Shown: piece by piece, positions 52,205 through 64,000 of the stretch
Layout: every line of letters starts with the position of its first letter
Position numbering within the stretch: position 1 is the stretch's first letter
DNA from: Podarcis vaucheri
Lineage: Eukaryota
Direction: 5' to 3' (one strand)
Length of the DNA stretch: 64,000 nucleotides
Assembly (NCBI GenBank): GCA_965113315.1
Contig: OZ220370.1
Notes under the pieces: generated by a model
Database searches by the model: none
The model's input: only the letters and a program-made list of their open reading frames with translations
Told to the model about the DNA's origin: nothing
Program-made: the position numbers and the translations under genes

Positions 52205-52314
52205 GTCACATGCTCGTACGGGGTCTGTCCAAACAAGCCCATCAGGTACTCCAGTAGCAGGACGCAGGGGTAGACAATTGCCACAACTCCCACCCAAGGG
52301 AACACTGGAGAGAA
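52205..52314 (+). CDS. RIMS2: RIMS2 exon with the RIM-BP SH3-binding motif (SHARTGSVQTSPSGTPVAGRRGRQLPQLPPKGTLER)
   Basis: gtcctgtag|GTCA...GAGAA|gtaagt, 110 nt, phase 2-1. Contains the RQLPQLP motif. Confidence 0.97.
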
Positions 52315-53877
52315 GTAAGTGAACTTTTTAAAGTTCAGAGATGTTGTTGCTAAATATAAAAGTAATAGCGTTGAATGGAAACCTTTGCCTCTAAGGTTTT
52401 GAACTGGTTTTTGGCAAGAGATGTGTTCTATATTGCCCATTACTCGTTTCAATAGCTTTTAAAGCTCTGTACAGTATTGATTTCTATAACTGTCATCACA
52501 ACTATAGAATTAATACATGGATCATGATTCATCCTACCTTCATTACAATCAAAATATAAGTTAGAACATAACCTGTAAAGTCTTCTAACGATGAACATAT
52601 AATAAACTGCACCATCCTAAAAGGTTGCAAGTGTTTGTTAATCCCATTCATTTCATAGGAATATCGGCTAATGCAGGACCATAAAATGTGACACAATACC
52701 CATATGTACATTCTTCGTAAATAAGGATAATTAAAGCAATCTGGACAAATATAAAGGATGAAATGTGGAGGTACCTCTATGATGCCAGTCCTAAAATGAT
52801 TAAACACAAGATGGTGGCTCACCATTATGGATGGACATTTAGTTTATGCTTCATATTATGGTCATATGTTCATTTCTACTCATGTAGTTTCCCCCTTCCC
52901 TCCAGAGGCTTGTGGGGAGATGTTTATTGGTGGCTGTTGGAGAAAGAAGAGTGATGGGTGTTTGTATTGCCAGCCAAATGGGTCATGCTGCATCTGCCCA
53001 CAGAGGTTACTCTTGTGTGAAAAAGACCCACATTATAAGCAGTTTGCCATCTATGAATGGCTTGACACTGCCTCTCAAATCTAAAGTTTCTATGCTGTAT
53101 CAGGCATCTGGTCAAAATATGAGGCCTGACTGATGGAGAAACTTGGCTACTAAGCAGTTTTTTTCTTGGGTGTGATAGACTGTCAGATCCTGGCAACAGC
53201 TAATTTTAATTGTTTAAGTCTCACGTATGCCTCAATTATGTTTGGTTGAATCATGCTTTCCACCGTTTGAGTCCTGTTCAAATTTTGGGAGGGAGCATTT
53301 TTATGCTTATAGGACATGAATATATAATACACTTTCAGCATTTACAATTAGACTTATCAGATATTCCTACAAAATTTTGTTTAATTGCCCAGATGAGCAC
53401 TGCTTCCGCTGCCTCCAAATGAAGATCCGTTTTATGCCTTTTGTATACTTTATGGGGTTTGTGGTTTTTTTTTAATCCCATGCTTTGGTTCCCTTTTCTG
53501 TTTTACTTTAATTTCCCCCAGACAGTGGAGACAAGGAGAAGGTCTGAACAGAAAGGAGGGTTTGTTTTGTGCTATCAGCCTTTTTATTCCATGGGAGGAT
53601 TTCTAAGGGGGGGGGGGGACTGCTGCAATTGATGCTACTGAAGTGTATAGATTTTACCTTGACTCTAAAATATTTTACATTAGTGAGGCATGTACCAACA
53701 TCCACTGCACCTTTTGTAACTTAGCTTTATATAAATAGCAATAGAGCTATGGCACTATTCAACAGCTTAACTTATTCAACTCTGTTAGAGTACATTATTT
53801 AGATACATAACAGTACCCTTTGGAATCAAGGATCATATAGCAGGTTCATAGTTAAATAGAATAACAAATAGTTACAG

Positions 53878-53961
53878 TGCAATCCTAACCATGTCTACCC
53901 AGAAGTAAATCCTATTGAATTTAATAGGGCTTACTCCCAGGTAGGTGGGTTAGGATTGTAG
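53878..53961. repeat. ~85-bp palindromic interspersed repeat (related copies near 1732-1818, 10702-10790, 12487-12575 and 60462-60540)
   Basis: Arms TGCAATCCTAACC...GGTTAGGATTGTA and inner AGTAAATCCTATT...AATAGGGCTTACT. The same architecture recurs several times in the window. Confidence 0.8.
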
Positions 53962-56740
53962 CCTAAGACTGAATTTACACATACACATGCTCATATGTAG
54001 GGATAAGCAGTCAAAAACAACCTGACACAGTGGGATGAAGAAAGAAAACCACATAACAGAATTTAAACACATCAGTTTTGATGTAACCTTTTTGGTATCC
54101 ACAACTGTGTTACGAAGCACTCACTAAATACACCAGCACCAGTCACAGAGAGTCAATTTTTCCTTGTCATGCAATTTTCCATTTTCTTTGTATATTGGAC
54201 TTTGAAAATTTAATTTATTGAAATAGTACGACTGTTTGTTCAGAGATCATCATCCCAGTTTGTGTTGTCTTTTGTGTTTTGAAAACAATTGTAACAGTTG
54301 AATATTAAGTATCAGATGAAAATATAGATATGTCTGATTGAAGGTAATAAAGTTCATTGTTGTTCAAAATGCAAACTACTTAACAATGGGAAGTAGTCCT
54401 GGTACGAAATTACTTTTTGTGAGAACTGTGCCCTGATATCTGGACCATGGTAAAGTCATATTAACTAAATGACATTGTATATATCATATATATACATTCA
54501 CCATGTTCCAAAAATCCACTTAGACTTACACAACATGCTTGAATTATCTCAGTGGAACGGTTTTTACTCTGAACATATGTTGTCTTATCACAAAAATCCC
54601 TTTGAAATATTCCTGTATTTGAAAAGGAGTTTGTCATGTGACATGGAAGTTGCTGCTCAGAAAGAACAAACCCCAAATTAACTTTGTCTCATAATACTAT
54701 GCACATAATATACAATGAACATGCATTAGTTTGCATGTTGTATGTATGTTGTATTTCAGCACCAAGCACATCATTAACACTAAATATGTTTAGTAGTATT
54801 TAGCAGTTTTATTGTTGGCCTGGTACCTGCCATTGAATATTACTACAGTGCTATCCCAGTCCAGGTAGGGGTGTAGCTTGGCCACCAGTCAAAGCTGGCA
54901 GAAGGCACTCTGCACCACTGAGGCCACTGAATCCATGTAGTAATGGATTCAGTAGCACCCCCAAGCTACGTGTCTGCTCCTTAAGAGGGAGTGTAACACT
55001 CTCAAGAACAGGCAGTCTCCCAGCTATCCGGTCTAGGGAACTATCACTGATAGTGCCTCTGTCCTATCTGAATTGAGCTTCAGTTTGTCGGCTCTCATCC
55101 AGTCCATTACTGAGGCAAGACATCTAGCACATCCACTGCCATTCCAAAGGAGAAATAGAGCTGCCCTTTGCCCCTGTCTCTTTCCTGCCAAGGGTCATCA
55201 TATAAAGTGACCAAGGACGTTTCTGTGCCAAAGTCAGGCCAAAGTCCTGATTAAAATGGGTCTAGGAAATCAGTCTCTTCCAAGAGTGCCTGGATCTGTT
55301 CAGCAACCACCCACTCAAGACCTTGCCCCTCAGAAGGGAGATTGACAACTGGCTGGCAATTACTTAGGTTCTCAGAATCGAGGGATGTTTTCTTAAGAAG
55401 CGGTCTTATTTACTGCATAGATGGCTAAATATCTCCAATGCTGAAATGTCCTTCAGTCTCATTCATCTGAAACTTTTAGGCCAGAGTTCTAACACCATTA
55501 TTAAAGCAATTTTATGAAAAAGTTATATAGATTATATTTTCTGGGTTTTCTGGATTTTTGCCTTCTCCAGCTTGTGTGACTTGGATTTGGAGCAGATTGG
55601 TCCAACTAGTGATGAATCAAGTTGAATGAGCCCATTAGCTTATGTTTACCAAACCAATCCCCTCTGTTCTGGGAAGCCACTGAAAATGAGAGCTTTACTG
55701 AGTCTCTGTTGGGCCACCAGAACTTTGATAATTGTCAGAACATGACCTGATCTGGAGCTATTCCTCCCTAAGTATTTCTATGACACTTTGTTATCTAGTT
55801 TGCATGGTTTGATCTGTAGTTGGTGGGTGACTTAGATGGTTGACTATAGTGCCTTTAGGATCAAAAATTTTACTGCAAGTATCAGAATGATATTATCCAA
55901 ATGAATAGTGCAGTCATACTTGAAATACTGTCTACAGTTCTGTTCACCCCATCTCAAAAAGGATGTTATAGAGCTGCAAAATATGAAGAAAAGGGGCACC
56001 AAAATAGTGTTTGAGCATCTTCTTTATAAGGAAAGGTTATACTGTTTTTGACTTTATAATTGAGAAAAAGGTGATGAGGGGCATCATCAAGGTGTTAATA
56101 TTGGATGAATGGGATGAAGATGGCTAGTGGGGGAGAGGAGACTCTCTGAGCAACAGCGTCCTTATAGTTGACCTTCCAAAGCTTTAGGAATACGTTCTCC
56201 TATACCCAGTATCTTGCCCAGTACTGTATAGACTGGAAAAAACATTCTAACACCATCCCAAAAATCAGTGACATTCTAAAGGAATATAAAAAGAGAAGAG
56301 AGTGTAGCAAATGGAAGGCTGCTCATGCAGTAGGACTTAACCTTCTCCACACTGCTATCCCTGAAAAACCTCTTTCCTTTCATAAGGTGTATCCCCAGCT
56401 CATATTATATTATGCACCATTCCAGAACATTCCCCAACTCTCGAGGGAAATTTTTCACACAACTCTGAATCCAACTCTGTTGCTTTGGAAATTAGAGAAA
56501 TATGGACCTATTTCTAATTTCCTAGTGGGTAGGATATTGGAAGGTGTTCTGTTGCCCCCACCAGCACTGTCCATATTCGACAATGTGATTTAATCAGGCT
56601 TTGTGCTTGTGAGGCTTATTGTTGGTGGATGAGGAGGATGAGCTGCAATGGAAGGCTAAGAGGAGGGGCAATGAAGGGATCAAAATGGCCCTATAGACAT
56701 CTGGTGCCTGAGGTCTAGAGACAGCCCTGATACTTCCCTT

Positions 56741-57093
56741 TAAAAGATAAAGGGACCCCGACCGTTAAGTCCAGTCATGGACGACTCTGGGGTCGCGGTG
56801 CTCATCTCGCTTTACTGGCCGAGGGAGACGGCGTTTGTCTGCAGACAGCTGTGACCAGCATGACTAAGCCGCTTCTGGCGAACCAGAGCAGCACAGGGAA
56901 ACACCGTTTACCTTCCTGCTGTAGCGGTACCTATTTATCTACTTGCACTTTGATGTGCTTTCAAACTGCTAGGTTGGCAGGAGCAGGGACCGAGCAATGG
57001 GAGCGTACCCTGTTGCGGGGATTTGAACCGCCGACCTTTTGATCAGCAAGCCCTGGGCTCTGTGGTTTAGACCACAGCGCCACCCGCATCCCA
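56741..57093 (-). mobile_element. Full-length Sauria SINE
   Basis: Flanked by a 13-bp TSD TGATACTTCCCTT (56728-56740, 57094-57106). tRNA-like head on the minus strand with B-box GGTTCAAATCC. Confidence 0.93.
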
Positions 57094-57364
57094 TGATACT
57101 TCCCTTACCTGAACATAAATAATTGTTTTGATTGTGGACCCTGTAATTCATTATTATTTACCTTTGTTGATATAATTGTTGGGTTACATGGATTTAAGAA
57201 GATTTTAGTAGAACAAGTGTGAAGCCCTGTGTTATTATTATTGCAAATGATACGTGAGGATTGTGTTTGCTTCTGTGTAGTAACACTTGGGTGGTTTGGG
57301 AAGAACACTGTGTCATCTCTTATGTAATTACTAATTTTCACTCTCTGTTTTTATTGCCATAAAG

Positions 57365-57406
57365 ATTGTGAGGAAAAACATCATACACCTGTTAGTGGGA
57401 GGAAAG
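57365..57406 (+). CDS. RIMS2: Candidate RIMS2 42-nt microexon with a GC donor (NCEEKHHTPVSGRK), phase 1-1
   Basis: ctaattttcactctctgtttttattgccataaag|ATTG...GGAAAG|gcaagt. Branch-like CTAAT, TGC at about -10, consensus GC donor and downstream TGCATG at 57470. Confidence 0.7.
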
Positions 57407-57531
57407 GCAAGTTCATGCCATAACTACTAGATTGTGTTTGTGTAGAGATATATTACTTGTAGTTTATGTTGCATGTTGTCTATTAGCTTAGTTAACAGTG
57501 CATTAATATTTAGTTATTGTCATACACTGAT

Positions 57532-57592
57532 CTTCTGTCGCCTTTGACTGGACTTAACCATCCAGGGGTCCTTTACCTTTTACCTTTACCTT
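57532..57592 (+). mobile_element. 5'-truncated Sauria SINE tail
   Basis: GTCGCCTTTGACTGGACTTAACCATCCAGGGGTCCTTTACCTTTTACCTTTACC is nearly the reverse complement of 33752-33803. Confidence 0.8.
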
Positions 57593-59046
57593 CTATTATT
57601 GGGAATAATGTTAACAGTTTTCTTATTGCACCTATTGCAAAACTTATCCCACATTGCAAGCTTACCGGGAATGGTTGTTTGGGCCCAGCACAGCTGTTAG
57701 GGAAGGAGGGAGCAGTATCTGGAACCTCATGCCTTCTGCAAGGTGCTTTACACACTTTGCAACCACACAGAAAGCAGAGACTGTGGGTGAGGCTGAGAGC
57801 TTCATTGCTGGGTCCTCAGGGGGCAGAGCTTCTGGGGCAAACCAAAGTGAAGATTTTGAAAGTCTGGCAGACCTTCCCAACTTCCACCATCACAGCTTCC
57901 AGCCAATCTTCCCACCTACCCTCTACTTGTATTTATTGTAATCATGATTCCATTTTCCAGATTTTTACACTGTTTAAAATGAGTGCATTCCTATGGACAA
58001 TTTGTTGGCTGCTGGATTCAGGACGGGGTGGGGGGATGGGGTGGAAATTTTACCCACAGGCAGACTGATCATTTCCTGTGGGCTTTTGCTTACCTCACAG
58101 CAATTGTCAAAACTTTCCTATGGCTGAAAAAGCATTTGGCTGGATCCTTAGGAGGGAGGGACAGAGGAAGGGCACCTGGCCGCAGCCCAACGGTGGATTC
58201 CCCTAAGGGACCTTGGAGGGTGGAGATTTCTGTCCAGAAGCCCAGCTCAGGTGCTGACAGGCCATTGCGCCTCTCCCCCAGTGGCCAGAGGAGGTTCGGC
58301 AGAAGTAGTTCACACTGTGGTGAACCCCAGCAGTGGTCAACCTCAGCTGCTAAAATGCAGCTCATTAACAATGCAGCAGGCAGGCTGGTTGGTCACATGG
58401 ATACATGCCAAATGCCTACCCTAAACCTCTTGCATTGTAATCAATGAAGTTACAGCCTAATTGAATCCAGTGTAATTGTGTGTGTGTTATCATTTGCCGC
58501 CTGCTTCTGCACCCCCCACAGCTACAATGTACATGGGCCTGCAGTGTACACTATATAAGACTGAAAGGTCAATATGCAACAGCAGCTAGAATATTTTGAC
58601 TGCGATCCTGTATGCTGTTAAGCTGTTTAAATCTTCTGGGACAGACGGGATTTAAGCAGCCTGTCTGCAAGTCTTGAAATGCACTTGAAGTTGGGGAGGC
58701 CAAGAGAAATTAAATGAACTCAAGCCTGGTGTATGTGTATGATCCTCCTTGCCATGGATTCAGTGATCCCTGTAGGGTCCTGTTTTACACTACCCACTCT
58801 TGGTGCAAGCTTGGTAAGTTTGGAATAATTTGGCATGGAAGGAGAGAAACAGGGTTCTGATGAGCCCTTTCGGCATCGCTCCACCAATGGGAGCTTCACC
58901 CACATTAGGAAAGAGCACCCATTACATGTTTAGTCTAATTGCTTCATGGTCTTGAGAATCAAGCTTTCAACTTTTGCCTATTTCCATGCTTATAGTGTTT
59001 AGAAGGGAAGTATCTGAAAAGCTGCAAAACTCAAGTATATTTTGCT

Positions 59047-59071
59047 TCTCTCTCTCTCTCTCTCTCTCTCT
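59047..59071. repeat. (CT)n microsatellite
   Basis: About 12 CT units. Confidence 0.9.
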
Positions 59072-59339
59072 GTATGAGCGCATTGTTACAAGAATATAAA
59101 CACAGGTGCAAATCTATTATGCTATCTATACAGAAGAAAGCAATGTTGAATTTTCCTTGTTGAGTTTATTTAAAGTGTGCAAGCAAAATAAAACCTAGTT
59201 AATCTAATCAAAACAATAAATGCAAATTATAGTGTTAAGGAATTAATGTGCCAAATCATTTATTTATTTGGCTTTTTTGCTTACAATATTTATATGTTGC
59301 CTTTCTGCCAATGCACTCACAGCTGCTTACAGTTTAAAA

Positions 59340-59478
59340 CAGTGATAGCCAAACTTGGCCCTCCAGCTGTTTTTGGACTACAACAACTCCCCTCATCCCT
59401 AGCTAACAGGACCAGTGGTCAGGGATGATGGGAACTGTAGTCCCCAAACAGCTGGAGAGCCAAGTTTGGCCATCACAG
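59340..59478. mobile_element. Short palindromic hAT-type MITE
   Basis: Fold-back structure with an exact 8-bp TSD GTTTAAAA (59332-59339, 59479-59486). Confidence 0.88.
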
Positions 59479-61011
59479 GTTTAAAATAATGGCAAACACT
59501 CTAATGGATAAAAGTACAAAATGGAAAAAGAGATAGGAAGAGAAGAGGAAAATAAACTGTATGGGTACAAACACACTAATGGAGCAAATCCACTGCCCCT
59601 GCCAGTGTGTTTCCACTACCCCACCATGTGCTTTGCCCCTCCCCCTCCCTCATCTGATAAGCAGCTGCAGGAGGTCAGTTAAGCATCTCCGCAATACCAT
59701 GCCATACACTACTGTTTCTTTCAGCTTGGAAGAGAAGAGAGGCAGATGAAAGAGATGAGGAAACTTATGTCTTGTTTTGTTTTCAAAAGAGTTGGTTTGC
59801 CTAACAATCATTATAGCAACAGACCTTTCTTCTTGTTGGCACTTCCATTCACGAAGTCCTAAATTTAAGAGGTAGTTTACACATAGGGAAGTTTATTCCT
59901 CCTTCACTGCTATCTAAGTATCACAGTTTATCTGCAAGTACAGTATGTGCAATCCAGTGCACATTTACTTTGTGTAAATCTATTGAATTGAATGGAATTT
60001 TCTTTTGAGTAGAAATGCATAGTATAGCACCTTGGAACACTAAAACGTCTGAGAACAGGGTTCTGGACTAGGTGGGCCATTGGCCTGATCCAGAAAGCTA
60101 TTTTTGTGTTCTTAAACCAATTTTTGGTGAATGGGTATATCAAGACTGTAAGCCAAGCAGTTAAATAGATCCTTTATGTTCAGAGCCAGTAAATCTCTGA
60201 GCCACAGACAGTGGTGACACACAGCGCGAAGCCTATAATCTTCATGACTTCTTGTGAGCTTCCAGAGCCTTCAGAGTAGCCACTTTTGAAAACTTGGATC
60301 TGATCTAACAAGGCAGTTTGTAATTTGTTAGCTGGCAGTAAAACCAGCAAGGAATTCCAAAATGTGCATTATATTATATATTATATTTTCTACCTATTTT
60401 GGGACATACTGGTTAGTTTGAATTGGGGATGGGGGGAGAACACCATTATAAATAACTAATCCTACAATCCTAAACACATTTATCTGGGAGTAAGCCCCAC
60501 AATGGGACTTATTTATGGGTAAATATGCATAGGCTTTTGCTATAAGCAAGCATAAATAATTAAGCCAAATATAAATGAGTCTACTGCTACTAAGTCAACA
60601 TTTGTGTTACTGAAATAATTTTTATACCCCCCATTTTTACCCCTGACAACACCCCTTCCTTTGTTGCCTCCCTTATGTCAAATTTTAGATCGTAAGATCC
60701 TTCGTGCAGGGGCCTAAAAATAAAGAGTCATGTAAATTAATAGCACTAAAATAAACATACAAATAAAACTGCTGTTTTTAAGAATTATATTGGCTATATA
60801 TTATATTAGCTTTTTTGTAGTAGGAAGCTCTAAACCTAAACATACTTTAATTCTTGTAAAATACTACATGGTCAATGAAGAAAAAACAGAACCTAGTTCT
60901 GGCCCTACCAGTGATTGTACTTTAGACTGAACCTCATCAAATGATGTTAGGTATCTTACAGAAGTTAATTAATGTTTCTGACAAGCTCTGATTTCTTTTG
61001 GTTTACGCTAG

Positions 61012-61101
61012 AAGTTACATGGGAAGACCAGCAGAAAAAGGTGAATGGTACAATAACTGATGACAAATCATTGCCAAGAAAGAAACATCACACTCAGCCA
61101 G
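61012..61101 (+). CDS. RIMS2: Candidate RIMS2 90-nt cassette exon (VTWEDQQKKVNGTITDDKSLPRKKHHTQP), phase 1-1
   Basis: ctctgatttcttttggtttacgctag|AAG...CCAG|gtttgt. Stop-free in the required frame and phase-matched to exon 52205-52314. Confidence 0.72.
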
Positions 61102-62193
61102 GTTTGTCAGGGTTTGGAAAACCACCTGAAAGCATGAGACTATAAAATTGTTACATTTCATGCTTTTGTAATGAGTGTGTGCTTAATGTACCTTTTTTCA
61201 CTTTGTGATTTTTATTTTTATTTTTAGTTTGTAGCAATTATTTAGATTAGTCATGTGGCACAGTTTCTTTTTTTAGAGTAGCGAAAATAGAGCCACTTGT
61301 GTTAGAATGCCCATTAATTTAAAAACGTGCTTGGCTTAAGTTAGTAATTTTTTACAAAAATGTTCCATTCTTTTGTCATAACTGATACATTTTAAAATCA
61401 GGAATTCAAACATGTTCAAGGGTATTAAATGACCAAAGCCAGGTAGGGTTTTAGGAGGTTGGTCTGGGTTATTTTTACTATGGGGGAAAGGGGCATAATG
61501 TGGTTGTAAATGGCAAAGTGGCGAAGGAATGTGGAGCCAAAAGAGTGGGGGAGGGGGAAAATAGAAAACAAGGTGTTGGTGAAAGGGGTTATTATGAAAG
61601 CAAAATATATAAACAATGGTGTTTGGAAGTGAGTGGATTGTAAGAGTCATGCTGAAAAGGAATCAACTTTCTCTAAGAAGATGGGAAAACATGCATGCAA
61701 TAAATGGGAAATCTGAATGGCTAGAAATTAGCCATTGTTACATTTGAAAGCTATATAGTTGGGATTTGGGGCAGATGGGGTGCTTGTTTGCTGAGATGGG
61801 TGTGGAATGTGAAGATCTAACATATGCTGTCTTTGATGTATAAATAGTGGGTGATATCCAACATCAGCCTACTTTTGCAACATACTTTGTCTCTTTCCCC
61901 TACTGCCCCCCAATGTGATATCCAAAATGTGTTCTGGAATCTTGGGGGAGCCTCTGGAACAGATTTTGGAAATATGTGCAGGACTATAAGGAAAGTAGAG
62001 GAAGGGGAAGTCAGTTCCATCAGCTGGTGCAAAGTTGATAGCATTCCACAAGTTGTGAGTAGGTTAGAAGGCCTGACTATTTGTGCCCAAAAGATGGATC
62101 CAATATTCCTTAATTATTCTGTCAGATTGTATCTACTTGAATAGATGAGCAGTCATTTGCCAGGAGGGATGCATTTGATTGAAAAAGAATTAT

Positions 62194-62246
62194 TTGCATT
62201 CAGTTCCTTGCTTTTCCTTGCATTCAGTTCCTTGCTTTTCCTTGCA
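62194..62246. repeat. 24-bp tandem duplication
   Basis: TTGCATTCAGTTCCTTGCTTTTCC x2 plus TTGCA. Confidence 0.9.
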
Positions 62247-63339
62247 GGTCTGCAGCTTTCTCCTACTCTCAAGGATACATATGAGATTGTAAAAGTCAAG
62301 TTTATAACAGTGTAAGGGAAGCTTCCTTTCCCAGATAGTGTCACTAAAAGTCCTCTGTACTCTTGTTCTCTCAAAATGTTCCTCTGCCATCACTCACTTT
62401 TAGATGTGGGTTATAAGTGAAGTAAAAAAGAGAAATACTGTCAAAGTACTAGCTTTCCATTCTGTCAGCAATTAATTTATAGCTCAACACTGAGCCCTGT
62501 TTTGAGACCAATTCAGAATTGCCAACCTCCTTGCAGATATAAGTTCTTTGTTTATGTGTTGTTAGTACCTTCTTAAAAACCCCACTGACCTTTCTGTTCT
62601 ATCTTAATATAACTTCCAAGTCTCATGATCTGGAGACATAATCATGTTCGGACATATTTGTGGAGTAGAAACAAGGTTGCCTGATCTATAGGCCCTTTTT
62701 AGATCAACTGTACATAGGTGTGGAGACATGATAACTATAAAGGTGATTATAAACTACATTACTGAAGATCTCCCATGCTTTTGAGTGATGCAAAACACAT
62801 TACTGGACTGTGCTGAAAGAGCAGACCAGACTACCGTACTTATACCATAGAAGGAAATTGCTTGTTGCAACTTTATCTGGAATATGGGTGTTTATTTAAC
62901 ATTTGCCAAACTTTTGTAATCTTAGTAATTGGCTACTGTAACGTGTTCCATTGATTACTAATGCTCAGAACCTTCAGGTAGCATAAGATACAGGCTCCCA
63001 CTGACTATCAAGCATGGGATGTGGAGAGCATGTCCAACTGTGGTAGCTGCACCAGCTGCAAGAAAGATTCTAAGTCAGGGGCCTTGCATATTTGAGGCAT
63101 CTTTCTCTAGATATTCACCAGCTGAAATCTATGGAGGAGGTTCTGCTTAAGATTCCTTTATTAAGTATTCAAAATGGGGATCTTGGGGACAGGTTCCACC
63201 CAACTGATTGGTGGAACTGATGGGAAGCGTTATTAAAATGGAATTACCAAGCATATAGAACAACAAGTCTTGCTGAAGCAGAACCAGTGTAGCTTCCAAG
63301 AGAATATATCCTTCCTGACTAACCCTTTAGAGTTATTTG

Positions 63340-64000
63340 ACAGTATCAATAAGCATATGGATAGGGGTGATCCATTCCAACAATGTATAGTATACAGTAC
63401 TTAGATTTTCAATTTTTTTTTAATAAAGTCTCAGTTCTCACAATAGAGGGATTTAAGAAGTGGGGTTCCCCAACTATATGTATTGGGACCTGTGCTTTTT
63501 ACTTGCACACGAATGACCTTAAATTAGAGGTGAGCAATGACGGAACCATGTTTGCTGATGACACTTGGATAAAAAAAAAGGGAATTTCAAGGAGCTCCAA
63601 AAGGAGCTCCCCAAAATGGATGAATGGGCATTAAATGACAAATGTGGTTCAATGAATGCAAGTGTAAAGTGATGCACAGTTGGACAAATAATACTAACTT
63701 CACCTATGCAATGATGGGGTTTGAACAGGTGGTGACTGGGGTTGTAGTGGATAGCTCAATGAAGATGTCGGCCCAGCAAGTGGCAGCTGTGAAAAAGGCC
63801 TAATTCTATGCCAAGGATCATTAGGCAAGGGGTTGAAAATAAATGCCAATATCGTAATGCCATCATATGAACGTATGGTGAGACTATACTTGGAATACTG
63901 TATACAGTTCTGGCCACAATATCTCAAAAAGGATATTGTAGAGCTGGCATAGGCTCAGAAGAGGGCAAGCAAAATAATCAAGGGAGTGGAGGAATTCTCA
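63340..64000 (+). mobile_element. Degraded CR1 LINE ORF2 (RT region)
   Basis: Motifs YLDFQ..FNKV, MFADDT and VRLYLEYCIQFWPQYLKKDIVEL, with deletions and stops. Confidence 0.88.

Noticed and set aside
4847-52314. Assignment to the paralogue RIMS1
   Set aside because: Diagnostic residues (TILGAKDLPSRED, SDKNKRR, RSMPSLMTGRSAPPSP, RQLPQLPPKGTL) are RIM2-type.
57517-58447. 183-aa and 154-aa ORFs
   Set aside because: They cross a SINE tail and LINE/other repeat fragments and form no coherent protein.
62194-62320. Strong acceptor created by the 24-bp duplication (cttttccttgcag)
   Set aside because: No phase-compatible donor occurs before the in-frame stop, so it is treated as a cryptic site only.

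Overview
Eukaryotic, AT-rich genomic DNA from a squamate reptile (Sauria SINEs; probably a lacertid lizard). The whole window lies inside one large + strand gene, RIMS2 (RIM2, presynaptic active-zone scaffold). It covers the exons from just before the C2A domain to just after the RIM-BP-binding RQLPQLP motif. Nine exons are readily recognised by translation. Reading splice signals and phases by hand adds frame-preserving cassette or micro-exons that the ORF track cannot show: 27 nt at 12709, 108 nt at 36708, 72 nt at 42713, 63 nt at 45071, a 42-nt exon with a GC donor at 57365, and 90 nt at 61012. These are surrounded by neuronal splicing motifs (TGCATG, TGC near acceptors, ACTAAY, YCAY). The first ~1.4 kb is the 5' end of an antisense endogenous retrovirus with an LTR, a perfect tRNA-His primer-binding site, a splice donor and an open myristoylated Gag/matrix start. 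The introns hold Sauria SINEs, hAT and pogo/Tigger-like MITEs with clear TIRs and TSDs (one nested in a SINE), CR1, L2, RTE and possible DIRS remnants, microsatellites and a 134-nt assembly gap. Almost all listed ORFs are spurious. Similarities to known proteins and repeats are from recall and were not checked by search.
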